Shown in pieces: positions 20,388 to 32,328 of a stretch of 64,000 bases of DNA. This DNA is from Nitrospirota bacterium (GTDB lineage: Bacteria; Nitrospirota; Thermodesulfovibrionia; Thermodesulfovibrionales; Dissulfurispiraceae), in contig CAVPZX010000003.1 in the NCBI GenBank assembly GCA_963710375.1, positions 96,001-160,000 on the forward strand, given 5' to 3'. Both the position numbers and the translations under genes were made by a program. The stretch's first letter is position 1. Every line of letters starts with the position of its first letter. The notes beneath the pieces were generated by a model. It was not told where the DNA came from. It searched no databases and worked only from the letters and a program-made list of their open reading frames with translations.

Positions 20388-23300
20388 CTATATCTTTTGG
20401 ACATTGACCATAAAGGCCTTTGTCTCTGGTATCATGGTATTTGAATCTCCAATGGTCGGGGTGAGGAGATTCGAACTGTCTCCTCCGCTGCCATCCTCCG
20501 GGAACTGCCATCCAAAGCACCACGGGAGACCGACCTGATGGACCGTCGTGTTCGCAACTTTGAAGGGTTTGAGCCGGCTGGTGACAACCGCCTTGGCCCA
20601 TATCTCTCCGCGTGCTGAGCTTACCTTTACTTTGTCCCCGTTTGCGATGCCCTTTTCTTTGGCCAATTCAATACTCATCTCGACGAAGATCTGAGGCACC
20701 ATCTCGAGCAGCCAGGACTCATGTCTTGTCATAACTCCTGTCTGCCAGTGCTCCGAAACCCTGTAAGTCGTTGCGACAAAGGGATAGCGTATATCGCAGG
20801 AAATGAATATATCCTCGGGCAGGGCCGTCTGGGAGCCGCTATAGAACAACTTTATAGTCGGGCTGTTATACTGGTGCGAAAGAGGGTTCTTCTCTATCGG
20901 GCATTCCAGAGGTTCGTAATGTTCCGGGAACGGACCGTCCGCAAGGCCCGGACCGAATATGCTGCCTACCCCGTCGGGCTTCATGATAAAGGGAAGCTTG
21001 CCGTCCTTTGCCGCAAGCGGCGGAGCAGGCCCGTCCGGGACATCGCCCTCCCAAACACCGGGCTTATTAGTAAGCGGATTGATCTTTGTCGGGTTCCATT
21101 TTATCACTGCCCGCTTTGGATCCCACGGTCTGCCTTCAGGGTTGACCGATGCGCGGTTATAGATAATCCTCCTGTTGACCGGCCAGGCCCATGCCCATGC
21201 GGGATAGAGGCCTATTCCGGTCGGGTCTGTCTTGTCCCTCCGCGCCATCATGTTGATGATTTTGCCATCCTTCTGAGTATAGCTCTGGCTGTAAATCCAA
21301 TTGCCGCATGAGGTTGACCCGTCATCCTGTAAGGTGACAAAGGAGGCGCAGAGTTCGCCCTTCTTGCCGAGGAGTTTCGGCGGTGTGGCTTTCTTATCAT
21401 AGACATCCTCGATATAGTAACCGTTGATCTCCTTTGCGACCCTGTGGATGTCTATCTCCCGCACTTTCCCGTTTGCCTCCCTATCTCCATAATCCCAGGT
21501 AAGGTCGATGATAGGAGAGGGATATTTGCCATTCTCCTTTTTATAAAGATGTCTGACCCTGTGGTGAAGTTCGTTCATGACCTCCGAATCGGGCTTTGAC
21601 TGTCCGATCGGCTTGATCGCGCGGTATCTCCACTGGGCAAGCCGGCCGGAGTTCGTTATGCTGCCCTCCTTCTCCACTGACGAGCAGGCAGGGAGGAAAA
21701 AGACCTCGGTCTTGATATCAGCCGGCTTTATCCCCGGGCCCCGCCAGAAAGAGCCTGTTTCATTGTCGAAGAGGTTCACATTGACCATCCATTTCAGTTT
21801 TGACAAGGCCTTGCGGACCTTGCCTGCGTTCGATCCCGAACAGGCCGGGTTCTGTCCCCAGGCAAAAAATCCCTCGAAGCCCCCCTTGAACATTTGGTCG
21901 AATAGCAAGAGCCAGGAATAGTTTTTTCCGCCATCTACCTTTGGCAGCCACTCATACCCGAAGTTATTTTCTTTCGTAGCTTTATTGCCGTAGATGGCCT
22001 TGAGATAGCTTGTCATGTACTTGCCCCTGTTGCTCCACCAGTTAACACTTTTCGGTTCCTTTGTCTTAGTAGTATATTTTTCGATATAGGCAGTGAGATC
22101 GGCAAGTGAGGCGTCTGGTACCGGCAGATACCCGGGGAGGACATTGAAGAGGAGCCCGTGGTCAGTAGACCCCTGGACATTCGATTCACCCCTGAGGGCA
22201 TTAACTCCCCCTCCTGCGAGACCGATATTGCCCAGGAGAAATTGGATGATCGTCATCGCCCTTATATTCTGGGTGCCTACCGTATGCTGGGTCCAACCCA
22301 TGGCATAGCACTCGGTCCCGACCCTGTCGCGCTTGCCGGTTGAGGCATACAGGGAGTAGACTTCGTGAAGCTTCTCTTTTGGCGTGCCTGAGATTTCGGA
22401 TACCTTAGCAAGCGTATACCTGGAGTACTGGTTCCTGAGAAGCTGGAATACGCAGTGTGGGTCTTTTAATGTAGGGTCCTTTTTTGGTATTCCCTTTTCA
22501 TCCACCTGAAAAGCCCAGGTCTTCTTGTCATACTTTCTTGTCTTGGGATCATAGCCTGAAAAAAGACCGTCTAGCTGCGTGGCATCCTTGAATTCCGGGT
22601 TGACGAGAAAGGCCGCGTTTGTATAGTTGACTACATATTCTTTTAAGTACAGATGGTTGTCGAGGATATACTTGATCATCCCTCCAAGAACTGCAATATC
22701 CGTCCCGGAACGCATCGGCGCATATACATTCGCCTTTGCAGCAGTCCGTGTGAATCTGGGGTCTACAACTATGAGTTTTGCGCCTTTTTCTTGTGCCTTG
22801 GCTATCCATTTCATGGATATAGGATGGTTTTCAGCGGGGTTTGCCCCCATAACCAGGATTACGTCAGCATTCCTGAGATCAATCCAATGGTTTGTCATTG
22901 CACCGCGACCGAACGACTCTGCCAGAGCCGCAACAGTTGCGGAGTGTCATATTCGGGCCTGATGTTCTATGTAGACAAGTCCCCATGAGCGTAAGAGCTT
23001 CTGGAGCATGTAGCATTCTTCGTTGTCCAGGGCTGCGCTGCCAACATGCGCAATCCCCTCGGTCCTGTTGACTACGAATTCCTTTTCGACCTCGGTTTCC
23101 TTTCCATCAGCCGATTTCTCCTTGACCTTCATCTTCGTTATAGCCTTGAACGTTTTGTCGCGAGTATCTTTCACCCGTTTTGCTATTTCATCGAGAGCCC
23201 AGTCCCATTCCACTTCTTTCCATTCACTTGCCCCTGGTGCGCGGTACTGAGGTTTTGTTATCCTTGCCGGATTATTGATTACCTGGTAGAGTGATGCGCC

Positions 23301-23564
23301 CTTTGAGCACAATGTGCCTTCGCTGACCGGATGATCAGGATCACCTTCGGTATGGATTACCTTGCCATCCTTAGTGTAGGCGAGAATACCGCAGCCTACG
23401 GAACAATACGGGCAGATGGTTGTTGTGGTCTTGGCACCCTGGGTGCGGAGTTCTTTGTCGTTCGCTTCGGACTGTTCGGCAGACAGTGCGATCCCGCCGA
23501 TTGTTCCCGCAGCAACAGCAGTTCCGCCCGAGAGCTTTAGAAAATCTCTTCTCGATAAACTCAT
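20388..23564 (-). CDS. fdnG: formate dehydrogenase-N alpha subunit, selenocysteine-containing (TGA at 22947-22949)
   Basis: Tat signal SRRDFLK, CPYCSVGC, EHQARI-TGA-HSATVAALAESFGRGAMTNHW in frame, ALRGESNVQG, TKAFMVNV. Confidence 0.97.
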
Positions 23565-23800
23565 GTCTAACCTCCCAAAAAGATTATTAAGAAATTAATA
23601 AGGAACAAAAGACGAAAAGCGCGAAGAAGGAACTGAACATGTAAACTATAGCTCGCCCGCATATCTATCCCCTGAGATAATTTATGCCCGGAGTTCATGA
23701 AGTAATGCATATTACGCCATTTCAGAATATATTATTTTGATGTGGTACTGTCAAGATAAATGTTGCAGGTGGGTGCAACGCCGAATTTTTACAATTCAAG

Positions 23801-24280
23801 TTATAACGCTGAACGAAGAAGGCGAGTCTTTATCTTGTCGATGGCGGTCTTAGCATAATAGGACTCAAAAGAATTTTTATTTCTCAAAAACGGCGTCAGG
23901 CGGTCGATGTCTTCTATCGAACCTATTATCCCCAAAACTTCCAGACTGATCATCCTAACATCCGGTTCGTCGGAATTTATTCCGTCCCTGACAACCTGTA
24001 AGGCCCTATTGTTCCCCTGAAAATACCTCAGACCATTTACAGTATGATAAAGTATCGCCGGACAGCCGAAATGCAGTTCTCCATCGTCATATACAGTAAT
24101 AAGTACGTCCAAAACTTTTTCGTTTCCTATAGGTGCAATTTCATCTATCAACTTAACTTTTTCGCGCCAGGGAGTGGTGCGATCCAGTATAAGATCTCTC
24201 GATTTATCAAAATCGACAGCAAAAACAATAGTGGGTATGAAAAGCAGGCAAAATGTAACCATAATGACTGTTTTTTTCAT
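23801..24280 (-). CDS. secreted HEAT-repeat protein
   Basis: Signal peptide; DVRMISLEVLGIIG, L.PFL....AKTAI repeats. Confidence 0.65.
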   Translation of the reverse strand: MKKTVIMVTFCLLFIPTIVFAVDFDKSRDLILDRTTPWREKVKLIDEIAPIGNEKVLDVLITVYDDGELHFGCPAILYHTVNGLRYFQGNNRALQVVRDGINSDEPDVRMISLEVLGIIGSIEDIDRLTPFLRNKNSFESYYAKTAIDKIKTRLLRSAL

Positions 24281-24504
24281 GTTTGTGCACTCCTACCCTT
24301 ATTTCCTTATAAGCAATACTCAAACATATAATAGCAATTGACCCGCTCCTGGTGTCAAATCTTTAGGTGCCATGTATTTTGCATAATTTTCGGTCCCTTG
24401 ATTCGCCATATTTGTGGGAACCCTAAATGTTTGCATTTTCGGAATTATTTTGATCTCATCGCATGGTTTGGTGTATCATTAATCAAATGACGTCAGGCCT
24501 GCAG

Positions 24505-25074
24505 ATGATTATCGAATGCGGATGTGACGAGGCGGGACGGGGAGCTGGTGCAGCGGAAGTATATGTGGGCGCTGTGATCCTCGATCCTGAACATCGCATT
24601 GAAGGTCTGGCTGATTCCAAGAAATTGTCCGCCGGCAGGAGGGAGACCCTCAGCGAGGAAATAAAGTTGTACGCGCTCAGCTGGTGCATAGAGAAGGCCA
24701 GTCTGGAAGAGATCGAGAGATTCAATGTGCTTCATGCAACACTCCGTGCGATGAAGCGTGCAGTGGAAGGATTGAAGATTAAGCCTCAAAAGGTACTGGT
24801 GGATGGCAATCATGCGCCGGACCTGGACATGCCGGTGGAGACGATCATAAAGGGCGATGATAAAGTCCCGGCGATAAGTGCGGCTTCAATACTGGCAAAA
24901 GTGGCCAGGGACAGAGCTATGGTTGAATACCATAAATTATACCCGGAGTATGGCTTTAATATAAACAAGGGATATTTTACACGTGAGCACATGGAAGCGC
25001 TGCATAAACATGGGCCTTGTCCCATTCATCGTCGCAACTACTCTCCTGTTTGTCAGATGCAGCTATTTATTTGA
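24505..25074 (+). CDS. rnhB: ribonuclease HII
   Basis: GCDEAGRG, LADSKKL, VLVDG, KGD...ISAASILAKVARD, GPCPIHR. Confidence 0.93.
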   Translation: MIIECGCDEAGRGAGAAEVYVGAVILDPEHRIEGLADSKKLSAGRRETLSEEIKLYALSWCIEKASLEEIERFNVLHATLRAMKRAVEGLKIKPQKVLVDGNHAPDLDMPVETIIKGDDKVPAISAASILAKVARDRAMVEYHKLYPEYGFNINKGYFTREHMEALHKHGPCPIHRRNYSPVCQMQLFI

Positions 25075-25089
25075 TTTTATCGGTTTATC

Positions 25090-27568
25090 ATGAATCGCTT
25101 TTTTTTGACTGTTAAAGGGACTGTTCAGGGAGTGGGGTTCAGGCCCTTTGTTTACAATCTCGCAAAGGATTTAGGCATTAAGGGATACATCAAGAATACC
25201 TCGGCCGGGGTCTTCATAGAGGCCGAGGGCGCCAACAGTGCGGGATTTATTGATGCCATTCAGAGGCGTCACCCCCCCCTCGCCAAGATCGACTGTATCG
25301 AGGTGCAGGAACTCTCTGCAATAGGTTACGACGATTTTGTTATTATCAGCAGCAGTGACAGCGGCAGTTTTACACTCGTTTCGCCCGATGTTTCAGTATG
25401 CGATGCATGTTTGAAAGAATTGTCGGACCCGCAAGACAGGCGTTATCTGTACCCGTTCATCAACTGCACCAATTGCGGTCCTAGATATTCAATCACCAAA
25501 CAGGTGCCGTATGACCGGCCTAATACGACGATGGCGCAGTTCCGCATGTGCCCGCTTTGCATGAACGAGTATAAAGACCCTTCTAACCGCAGGTTTCATG
25601 CACAGCCCAATGCCTGCCCCATATGCGGTCCTCAGGTATATCTAACTGTAAAGAATCCGCTGTTCACTGCCGATGCAGCCGGAGATCCGATAGCGGGAAC
25701 TATTGAACTCCTGAAACAGGGAGCGGTGGTAGCTGTAAAGGGACTCGGAGGATTTCATCTCTGTTGCGATGCTTCGAATGAGCGGGTTGTTACACTGCTT
25801 AGGGAGAAAAAGAGGAAAAGCAACAAGCCGTTTGCCCTGATGGCGCCGGACTGCGCGACCATCGGAAAATTCTGTGAGATTTCCGAAGATGAGGCGGCGT
25901 TGCTGAACGACATAAGAAGGCCGATCGTTCTTTTGAAAAAAAGAGTCAGCAGGCCAGGGGCTATGGGCAATCGGCTTTCCGATGATGTAGCGCCTCAAAA
26001 TATATATATTGGGTTCATGCTGCCTTATACCCCGCTTCACTACCTTTTGTTTCATCATCCGTGTGACGGGAGCAGCTTATCCGCTGTCAGCCTCTCATTT
26101 TAACGCCCTTGTGATGACAAGCGGAAATATTGCTGAAGAGCCGATTGTTGTTGACAATGACGATGCCCTGACCAAACTCTCAGGTATTGCCGACGCATTC
26201 CTTTTCCATAATAGGGATATTTTTATGAGGGTCGATGATTCAGTAATAAAAATAACAGGCAATAGGCAATGGGCAATGGGCGATGGGCAAAATACAAAAA
26301 GAAACGAACATAAGAACCTATTGCCTATAGCCAATAGCCCATTGCCTCGGTTTTCCTTCATCAGGCGTTCCCGCGGATATGTCCCTGAGCCGATACTGCT
26401 GAAAGATGACGGGCCGGACGTTTTGGGTTGTGGAGCTGACGTAAAAAATGTGTTTACTATTATGAAGGGCAATTACGCGATCATAAGCCAGCATATAGGA
26501 GATATGGAGAACATCGAGACCCTGCGTTTTTTTGAAGAAACACTTTTAAACCTGAAACAGGTGTACAGGTCTCAACCCGTTGCTATTGCATATGACCTGC
26601 ACCCCGGTTATTTATCGACTCGTTGGGCCCTGGAACAGATCCGGCAGCAAAAGATTAATGGATATGCAGTGCAGCACCACTATGCACACATTGCTTCCGT
26701 AATAGCTGAAAGCAGGCTGAAAGAGGAAGTGATAGGCATTGCTTTAGATGGAACGGGATATGGGACAGACGGCAATCTCTGGGGCGGAGAGTTCCTCGTG
26801 TGCAGCATAAATGGTTTTATCAGGGCTGCACACTTCGATTATATACCGTTGCCTGGCGGGGAAATGGCTATAAAGGAATGCTGGAGAACGGCAGTCGGCT
26901 TGGTAGTCAACGCTCTGGGCAGCCAGGAGGGAGGCCCTGAACGCCGGAATGAGGCTGTTATGGAAGCGCTCGATGCGACCGGGTTTATTGACAGGTATGG
27001 GCTGCAGCGAATTGAGAATATAGTGAAACTTGCGGGTAACCGCCATTTCTCGCCGCTGTCATCAGGCGCCGGCAGGCTGTTTGACGCTGTATCTGCACTC
27101 GCCGCCGTAAGTGACCGGAATACTTTTGAAGGCGAAGCTGCCATCGCGCTCGAAAATGAAATAGAAGAGGGCGTTTCCGGGGCGTATCCCTATACGGTGA
27201 CCGGGATTGATGGGCAAGGCCGGCCGTTGCGCATCGACTTATCGGAAACAGCCCTAAAGATAATTGAGGACATAAAAAATGGCGAGTTAAAGGGCAGGAT
27301 AGCAGCCAGGTTCCATAACACAATTGTTGAAGTCATCACGGCAGTGGCCTTGCGCTTAAGTAATATGTATGGACTGAGGAATGTGGTTCTGAGCGGCGGT
27401 GTTTTTCAGAACAGCTATATATTTGACAGGTCTTATAAAGCACTTGTGACACAAGGTTTCAAAGTATTTACAAATGTTCAAGTACCCTGCAATGACGCGT
27501 GCATATCTCTGGGACAGGCGTTCCTGCTCAGGGAGAGGCTGAAGGAAGGCGTGCAGCTCAAGGATTAG
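25090..27568 (+). CDS. hypF: [NiFe]-hydrogenase carbamoyltransferase (frameshift near 26075)
   Basis: GTVQGVGFRPFV, CTNCGPR, RRFHAQPNACP, VMTSGN, DLHPGY, QHHYAH, DGTGYG.DG, PCNDA.ISLGQ. Confidence 0.95.
26257..26347. repeat. in-frame palindromic GGCAATR heptamer insert in hypF
   Basis: AGGCAATAGGCAATGGGCAATGGGCGATGGGC ... CCTATTGCCTATAGCCAATAGCCCATTGCCT. Confidence 0.85.
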
Positions 27569-27586
27569 GCGATATCCTCATACTGA

Positions 27587-29653
27587 ATGAATATGTCTGC
27601 AAATATAGCTAACAGCAGAAGTTATCCGCTTGGCTCCGTAGTCTATCCTGCCGGGGTTAACTTCAGCGTTTATTCAAAAAGCGCCAGTGCGATGGAACTC
27701 CTGCTTTTTGATAATGCCGATGATGCGAAGCCGTCCCGAGTCATCCGTCTCGACCCGAAAACTAACAGTACTTACCACTATTGGCATGTTTTTGTTCCAG
27801 GGATCGGACACGGGCAGATTTATGCTTACCGGGCATACGGACCCTCAGAACATAGCAAGGGGTTCAGGTTTGACCCCGAAAAGGTTCTTCTCGATCCCTA
27901 TGCAAAAGCGGTGGCTGTGCCCGAAGTCTATGACCGCTTAAAGGCAAGCCTGCCGGGGGATAACTGTGCCACTGCGATGAAGAATATCGTTATGGACCTG
28001 CGGGGCTATGACTGGCAGGACGACATGCCTCTCAAGAGACCCTTTTCAAAAACGGTCATTTACGAGATGCATGTTGGAGGCTTTACCAGGCATCGAAGTT
28101 CGGGTATCCAGCCTGAAATAAGGGGGACATATGCCGGCGTAACACAGAAAATTCCTTACCTGAAGGACCTTGGCGTTACTGCGGTTGAGCTGCTGCCGGT
28201 CTTTCAGTTTGATCCTCAGGACTGCCCTCAATGGCTTGTCAATTACTGGGGATATTCTCCGGTCTCGTTCTTTGCGCCGCATCAGGGTTACAGCTCACAA
28301 AAGGGCGGGCTCGGGCCGTTGAATGAATTCCGCGATATGGTAAAAGCCTTGCACAGGGCAGGCATAGAGGTCATTCTGGATGTGGTTTACAATCACACTG
28401 CCGAGGGAAATCACACAGGGCCCGTACTGTGCTGGCGCGGCCTTGAAAACAGTGTCTATTATATGCTTCAGGCTGATCAGGCGCGTTATGCCGACTATTC
28501 AGGTACCGGCAATACCCTTAACACAAACAATACGATAGTCAGGAGGATGATCCTTGACAGCCTTCGCTACTGGGTGCAGGTAATGCATGTGGATGGGTTC
28601 AGGTTTGACCTGGCGTCAATTCTCTCACGGGATGAGGAGGGCAGACTGCTGTCAAAGCCGCCTCTTTTACTAGATATAGAGACAGACCCTGTGCTTGCCG
28701 GGATAAAACTTATTGCTGAGGCATGGGACCCTGGGGGTCTCTATCAACTCGGCTCTTTTATCAGCGACAGATGGAAGGAATGGAATGGGAAGTTCCGGGA
28801 CGATATCAGGAGTTTCGTGAGAGGGGACAACGGCTCTGTCTCAAAACTCTCAGCACGCCTGCTTGCCAGCCCGGACATCTTCGGCCATGAAAAACTTGAG
28901 GCAGAGCAGAGCATTAATTTTGTTACCTGTCATGATGGTTTTACCCTGAACGACCTGGTTACATACTCTCAAAAGTACAACCTCGCAAACGGCGAACAAA
29001 ACCAGGATGGCAATGACAATAACCTGAGCTGGAACTGCGGCTTTGAAGGTCCGACCGATGACCCTGGGGTTGAGAAATTGCGCTGCAGGCAGATAAAAAA
29101 CTTTCTCGTCCTTAACCTCCTCGCCCTTGGCACCCCAATGCTTCTGATGGGGGATGAGGCAAGGAGGACCCAGCTCGGCAACAACAATGCTTACTGCCAG
29201 GACAATGAACTGAGCTGGTTTGACTGGAGCCTCCCTGCCAGGCATAAGGGCCTCCACCGTTTTGTTAAAGAACTGATAGCGTTCAGGCTGCGGCGCATGA
29301 ACCCTGAAGGGTATGACGAACTGAGCCTGAACGAACTCCTTGCTCATGCACAGGTCAAATGGCATGGCGTCAGGCTTGACGACCCTGATTGGGCAGAATA
29401 CTCTCATAGTCTTGCCTTTACCGCATTTAACAGTACAAAAAAACTGCTGACCCATGTGATGATGAATGCCTATACAGAACCGCTCCAGTTCGAAATCCTG
29501 GCAGCAACGGGGAACCAGTGGAGACGGTGCATAGATACCTTTCTTGAATCGCCGGAGGACATAATGGAATGGGACGACGCGCCGGTTGTGCAGGCCCATA
29601 ATTATCTTGTACAACCACATTCGATTGTCGTGTTGTTCAGTGTCGGGGAATAA
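27587..29653 (+). CDS. glgX: glycogen debranching enzyme (GH13 isoamylase)
   Basis: NYWGY, DVVYNHTAEG, DGFRFDLAS, IAEAWD, FVTCHDGFTL, GNNNAYCQDN. Confidence 0.96.
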   Translation: MNMSANIANSRSYPLGSVVYPAGVNFSVYSKSASAMELLLFDNADDAKPSRVIRLDPKTNSTYHYWHVFVPGIGHGQIYAYRAYGPSEHSKGFRFDPEKVLLDPYAKAVAVPEVYDRLKASLPGDNCATAMKNIVMDLRGYDWQDDMPLKRPFSKTVIYEMHVGGFTRHRSSGIQPEIRGTYAGVTQKIPYLKDLGVTAVELLPVFQFDPQDCPQWLVNYWGYSPVSFFAPHQGYSSQKGGLGPLNEFRDMVKALHRAGIEVILDVVYNHTAEGNHTGPVLCWRGLENSVYYMLQADQARYADYSGTGNTLNTNNTIVRRMILDSLRYWVQVMHVDGFRFDLASILSRDEEGRLLSKPPLLLDIETDPVLAGIKLIAEAWDPGGLYQLGSFISDRWKEWNGKFRDDIRSFVRGDNGSVSKLSARLLASPDIFGHEKLEAEQSINFVTCHDGFTLNDLVTYSQKYNLANGEQNQDGNDNNLSWNCGFEGPTDDPGVEKLRCRQIKNFLVLNLLALGTPMLLMGDEARRTQLGNNNAYCQDNELSWFDWSLPARHKGLHRFVKELIAFRLRRMNPEGYDELSLNELLAHAQVKWHGVRLDDPDWAEYSHSLAFTAFNSTKKLLTHVMMNAYTEPLQFEILAATGNQWRRCIDTFLESPEDIMEWDDAPVVQAHNYLVQPHSIVVLFSVGE

Positions 29654-29815
29654 GAGTTTTCGGTTGTTGTTTGCAACTCGAATGGTTTCATGCAATAATT
29701 AGCTTATCAACTTCTTAACCTAGGTGCCACTTGGCGAAGGCAGCGAAAGTAAAACAGCTGACCTGACGACGTTGACAGTTCTTAAAACGCAAGACAACAG
29801 AAAGGAGTTAACACT

Positions 29816-30397
29816 ATGAGTGCAAAGAAAATTTTGATGCTTGTCGGCGACTACGTGGAAGACTACGAGGTAATGGTTCCCTTCCAGGCGCTCTCGATGG
29901 TGGGGCACACAGTCCATGCAGTCTGTCCCGACAAGAAGGCTGGTGAGACGGTGCGCACAGCAGTACACGATTTCGAGGGAGCCCAGACTTACAGCGAAAA
30001 GCCCGGTCACAATTTTACGCTGAATGCTACTTTTGCAGACGTCAAGGCTGAAGAATATGACGCGCTGATCATTCCCGGCGGGCGCGCACCGGAATATATT
30101 CGCCTGAACGGGACCGTGCTGAAGATAGTGCAGCACTTTTCGCAGGCAAACAAGCCCATTGCATCTATCTGCCACGGCGCACAGGTACTGGCTGCAGCCG
30201 GTGTTATTGAGGGCAAAGCCTGCTCCGCTTATCCGGCGGTGGGGCCGGATGTAACTCGTGCGGGCGGCAAGTATGTGAATATTCCGGTAGACAAGGCCCA
30301 CGTTGACGGCAAGCTGGTCACCGCTCCGGCATGGCCTGCTCATCCTGATTGGCTAGCCAAATTTCTGCAAGTGCTTGGAACGAAGATTGAACCATAA
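29816..30397 (+). CDS. DJ-1/PfpI family protein
   Basis: [20 protein letters not shown] nucleophile elbow; AGGAG RBS. Confidence 0.93.
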   Translation: MSAKKILMLVGDYVEDYEVMVPFQALSMVGHTVHAVCPDKKAGETVRTAVHDFEGAQTYSEKPGHNFTLNATFADVKAEEYDALIIPGGRAPEYIRLNGTVLKIVQHFSQANKPIASICHGAQVLAAAGVIEGKACSAYPAVGPDVTRAGGKYVNIPVDKAHVDGKLVTAPAWPAHPDWLAKFLQVLGTKIEP

Positions 30398-30494
30398 TGC
30401 GACTATGTAACATGCGTCGCACTGGTTCCGGGGAGACCATACTTAATACTGACTGGGTACTTATAATAAAAATAAAGTAAGTATGGTCTCCCCA

Positions 30495-31256
30495 TTAGGC
30501 AATACTTTCTTCTTCTTTTTGGGCAGGGGACCGCAGGTAGTTCATACCGGTCCAGAACAGGATAATCGCAAACACAAATCTCAACGCATCGTCGGATAGA
30601 ACTGAAGCAAGAGTTCCTCCCAGGAAGGTACCGACGACTATACCCGCGATCAGACCCGGAAGACATTTGGTCTCAACATTTCCGAGTTTATAGTGCGCAT
30701 AAGCACCTGCTGCACCTACCGGGACCATTGCAAGAAGTGAGCTGCCCTGTGCAATATGCTGACCCATGCCTACCAATAGGACCATAGCTGGAATCATGAT
30801 CGTGGCCCCGCCAACCCCCATCATTCCCGAAATGAATCCCGTAAAGACACCTGATGACAAAAGTATCATGATCTTTTCCCATCCTGAGATGTGAGAGGCG
30901 TGCGGGGTAACGTAAGGCTTGAAAATCAGCAGAATTGCAACAAGGAGAAGAAAACCTCCAAAGGACCGTTTAAGTTTCCATTCAGGCAAAGAATTGGCAA
31001 AATGGGCGCCGAAAGGGGCCGTAAATATGGCAGTGGCAGCGAGGGACACTGATGCGACAATATCGACAGTTCCAGCTACCGCATACGTAATAGCACCGGC
31101 AATGCCGGTAAAGACAAGCGCGACAAGGCTTGTCCCATGGGCTTTGTGCTGACCCAGCTTGAGCCCCTTCACCATGAAGGGGATCATCACTACCCCGCCC
31201 CCAACTCCGACGAAACCGCCGAATATCCCTGCCATGAGGCCGATAATCAAAATCAT
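30495..31256 (-). CDS. sulfite exporter TauE/SafE family membrane protein
   Basis: Duplicated GVGGG..IP motif, AHGTSL / AQGSSL. Confidence 0.9.
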   Translation of the reverse strand: MILIIGLMAGIFGGFVGVGGGVVMIPFMVKGLKLGQHKAHGTSLVALVFTGIAGAITYAVAGTVDIVASVSLAATAIFTAPFGAHFANSLPEWKLKRSFGGFLLLVAILLIFKPYVTPHASHISGWEKIMILLSSGVFTGFISGMMGVGGATIMIPAMVLLVGMGQHIAQGSSLLAMVPVGAAGAYAHYKLGNVETKCLPGLIAGIVVGTFLGGTLASVLSDDALRFVFAIILFWTGMNYLRSPAQKEEESIA

Positions 31257-31298
31257 ATTTATATGTTGATATATGAAAAATGAATTGCGGTTGACCGC

Positions 31299-32328
31299 CT
31301 ATTTCTTAAACATCGTTGTTCCGACAGCCCGCAGATCGCTTACAGCCTGTTTGACCCGCTCTGCCATGGCAGCTTCGGCAAACGTGAGGTATGTTCTCGG
31401 ATCATAGGCCTTCTTGTCCCCCATCTCTCCATCCACCTTGAGAACGCCATTGTAGTTCTTCAGCATGTGATCCGCGATCGGACGGGTGAAGGCATACTGG
31501 GTGTCGGTGTCGATATTCATCTTGACGACGCTGTAATCGATCGCCTCATGGATGTCCCGCAGTTCCGAACCCGAGCCTCCATGGAACACGAGGTAAAAAC
31601 GCGCCTTTTCCCCGTACTCTTTCACTACGGCCTCCTGGCAGTCCCTGAGGATCGAGGGCTTGAGCTTAACGTGGCCGGGTTTATAGACGCCGTGGACATT
31701 GCCGAATGTCGCGGCAAGGAGATACCGCGCGCCCTTGATGGCATTCAATTGCCGGGCAACCTCAAGGGTATCCTCTGGAGTTGTATAAAGCTTTGCGCCT
31801 GCCGCTCCCTTAACGCCGTCTTCCTCTCCTCCGACAACTCCTGCTTCGATTTCGAGTATGAGATCATTTCTCTGGAACCGTTCCAGGAGCTTAACAGCAA
31901 TGCCGAGGTTCTCTTTGAGCGGCAGGGCGCTTCCATCGAACATATGGCTGTTGAAAAGGTTAGGCCTGCCAGTCTGCCCTACGCCTTTCTGTCTCTTCCA
32001 CAAGAGGAATGACCAATTTGTCAAGCTTGTCAGCCTGGCAGTGATCAGTGTGAAGGGCGACATAGACGGGATACCGTTCCGCCGCTCGATGCACATGTTC
32101 TGCGATCGAGATCGCCCCAAGAGCCATGTCCTTTACGGAAGATCCTGAAGCAAAGGCGCCTCCGCCGGTCGAGACCTGTATAATGCCGTCGCTCTTGCTT
32201 TCGGCAAGGCCTTTGAGGACGGCATTTGCAGTTGTGAGCGATGTAACGTTAATGGCCGGGTAGGCAAAGTGTTCCATCCGTGCCCTATCGAGCATTTGAC
32301 AATAGATATTGTAATCGGCTACAGGCAT
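31299..32328 (-). CDS. fbaA: class II fructose-bisphosphate aldolase (frameshift near 31975)
   Basis: FAYPAINV, ALHTDHC; then LFNSHMFDGS, GGEEDG, GNVHGVYKPG, VFHGGSG, KMNIDTD. Confidence 0.93.

Noticed and set aside
22947..23564. Separate 205-aa and 836-aa ORFs, or an fdnG pseudogene
   Set aside because: The in-frame TGA is at the canonical Sec position with a SECIS-like hairpin; it is one gene
25090..27568. Programmed frameshifting in hypF and other split genes
   Set aside because: No common slippery sequence at the break points; sequencing indels are more parsimonious
29722..29800. Structured leader before the PfpI gene with CUGACGA and GAAA (hammerhead- or fluoride-riboswitch-like words)
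   Set aside because: Core elements are not in the required order or pairing and the stems are only 3-4 bp; cannot support a family call without an Rfam scan
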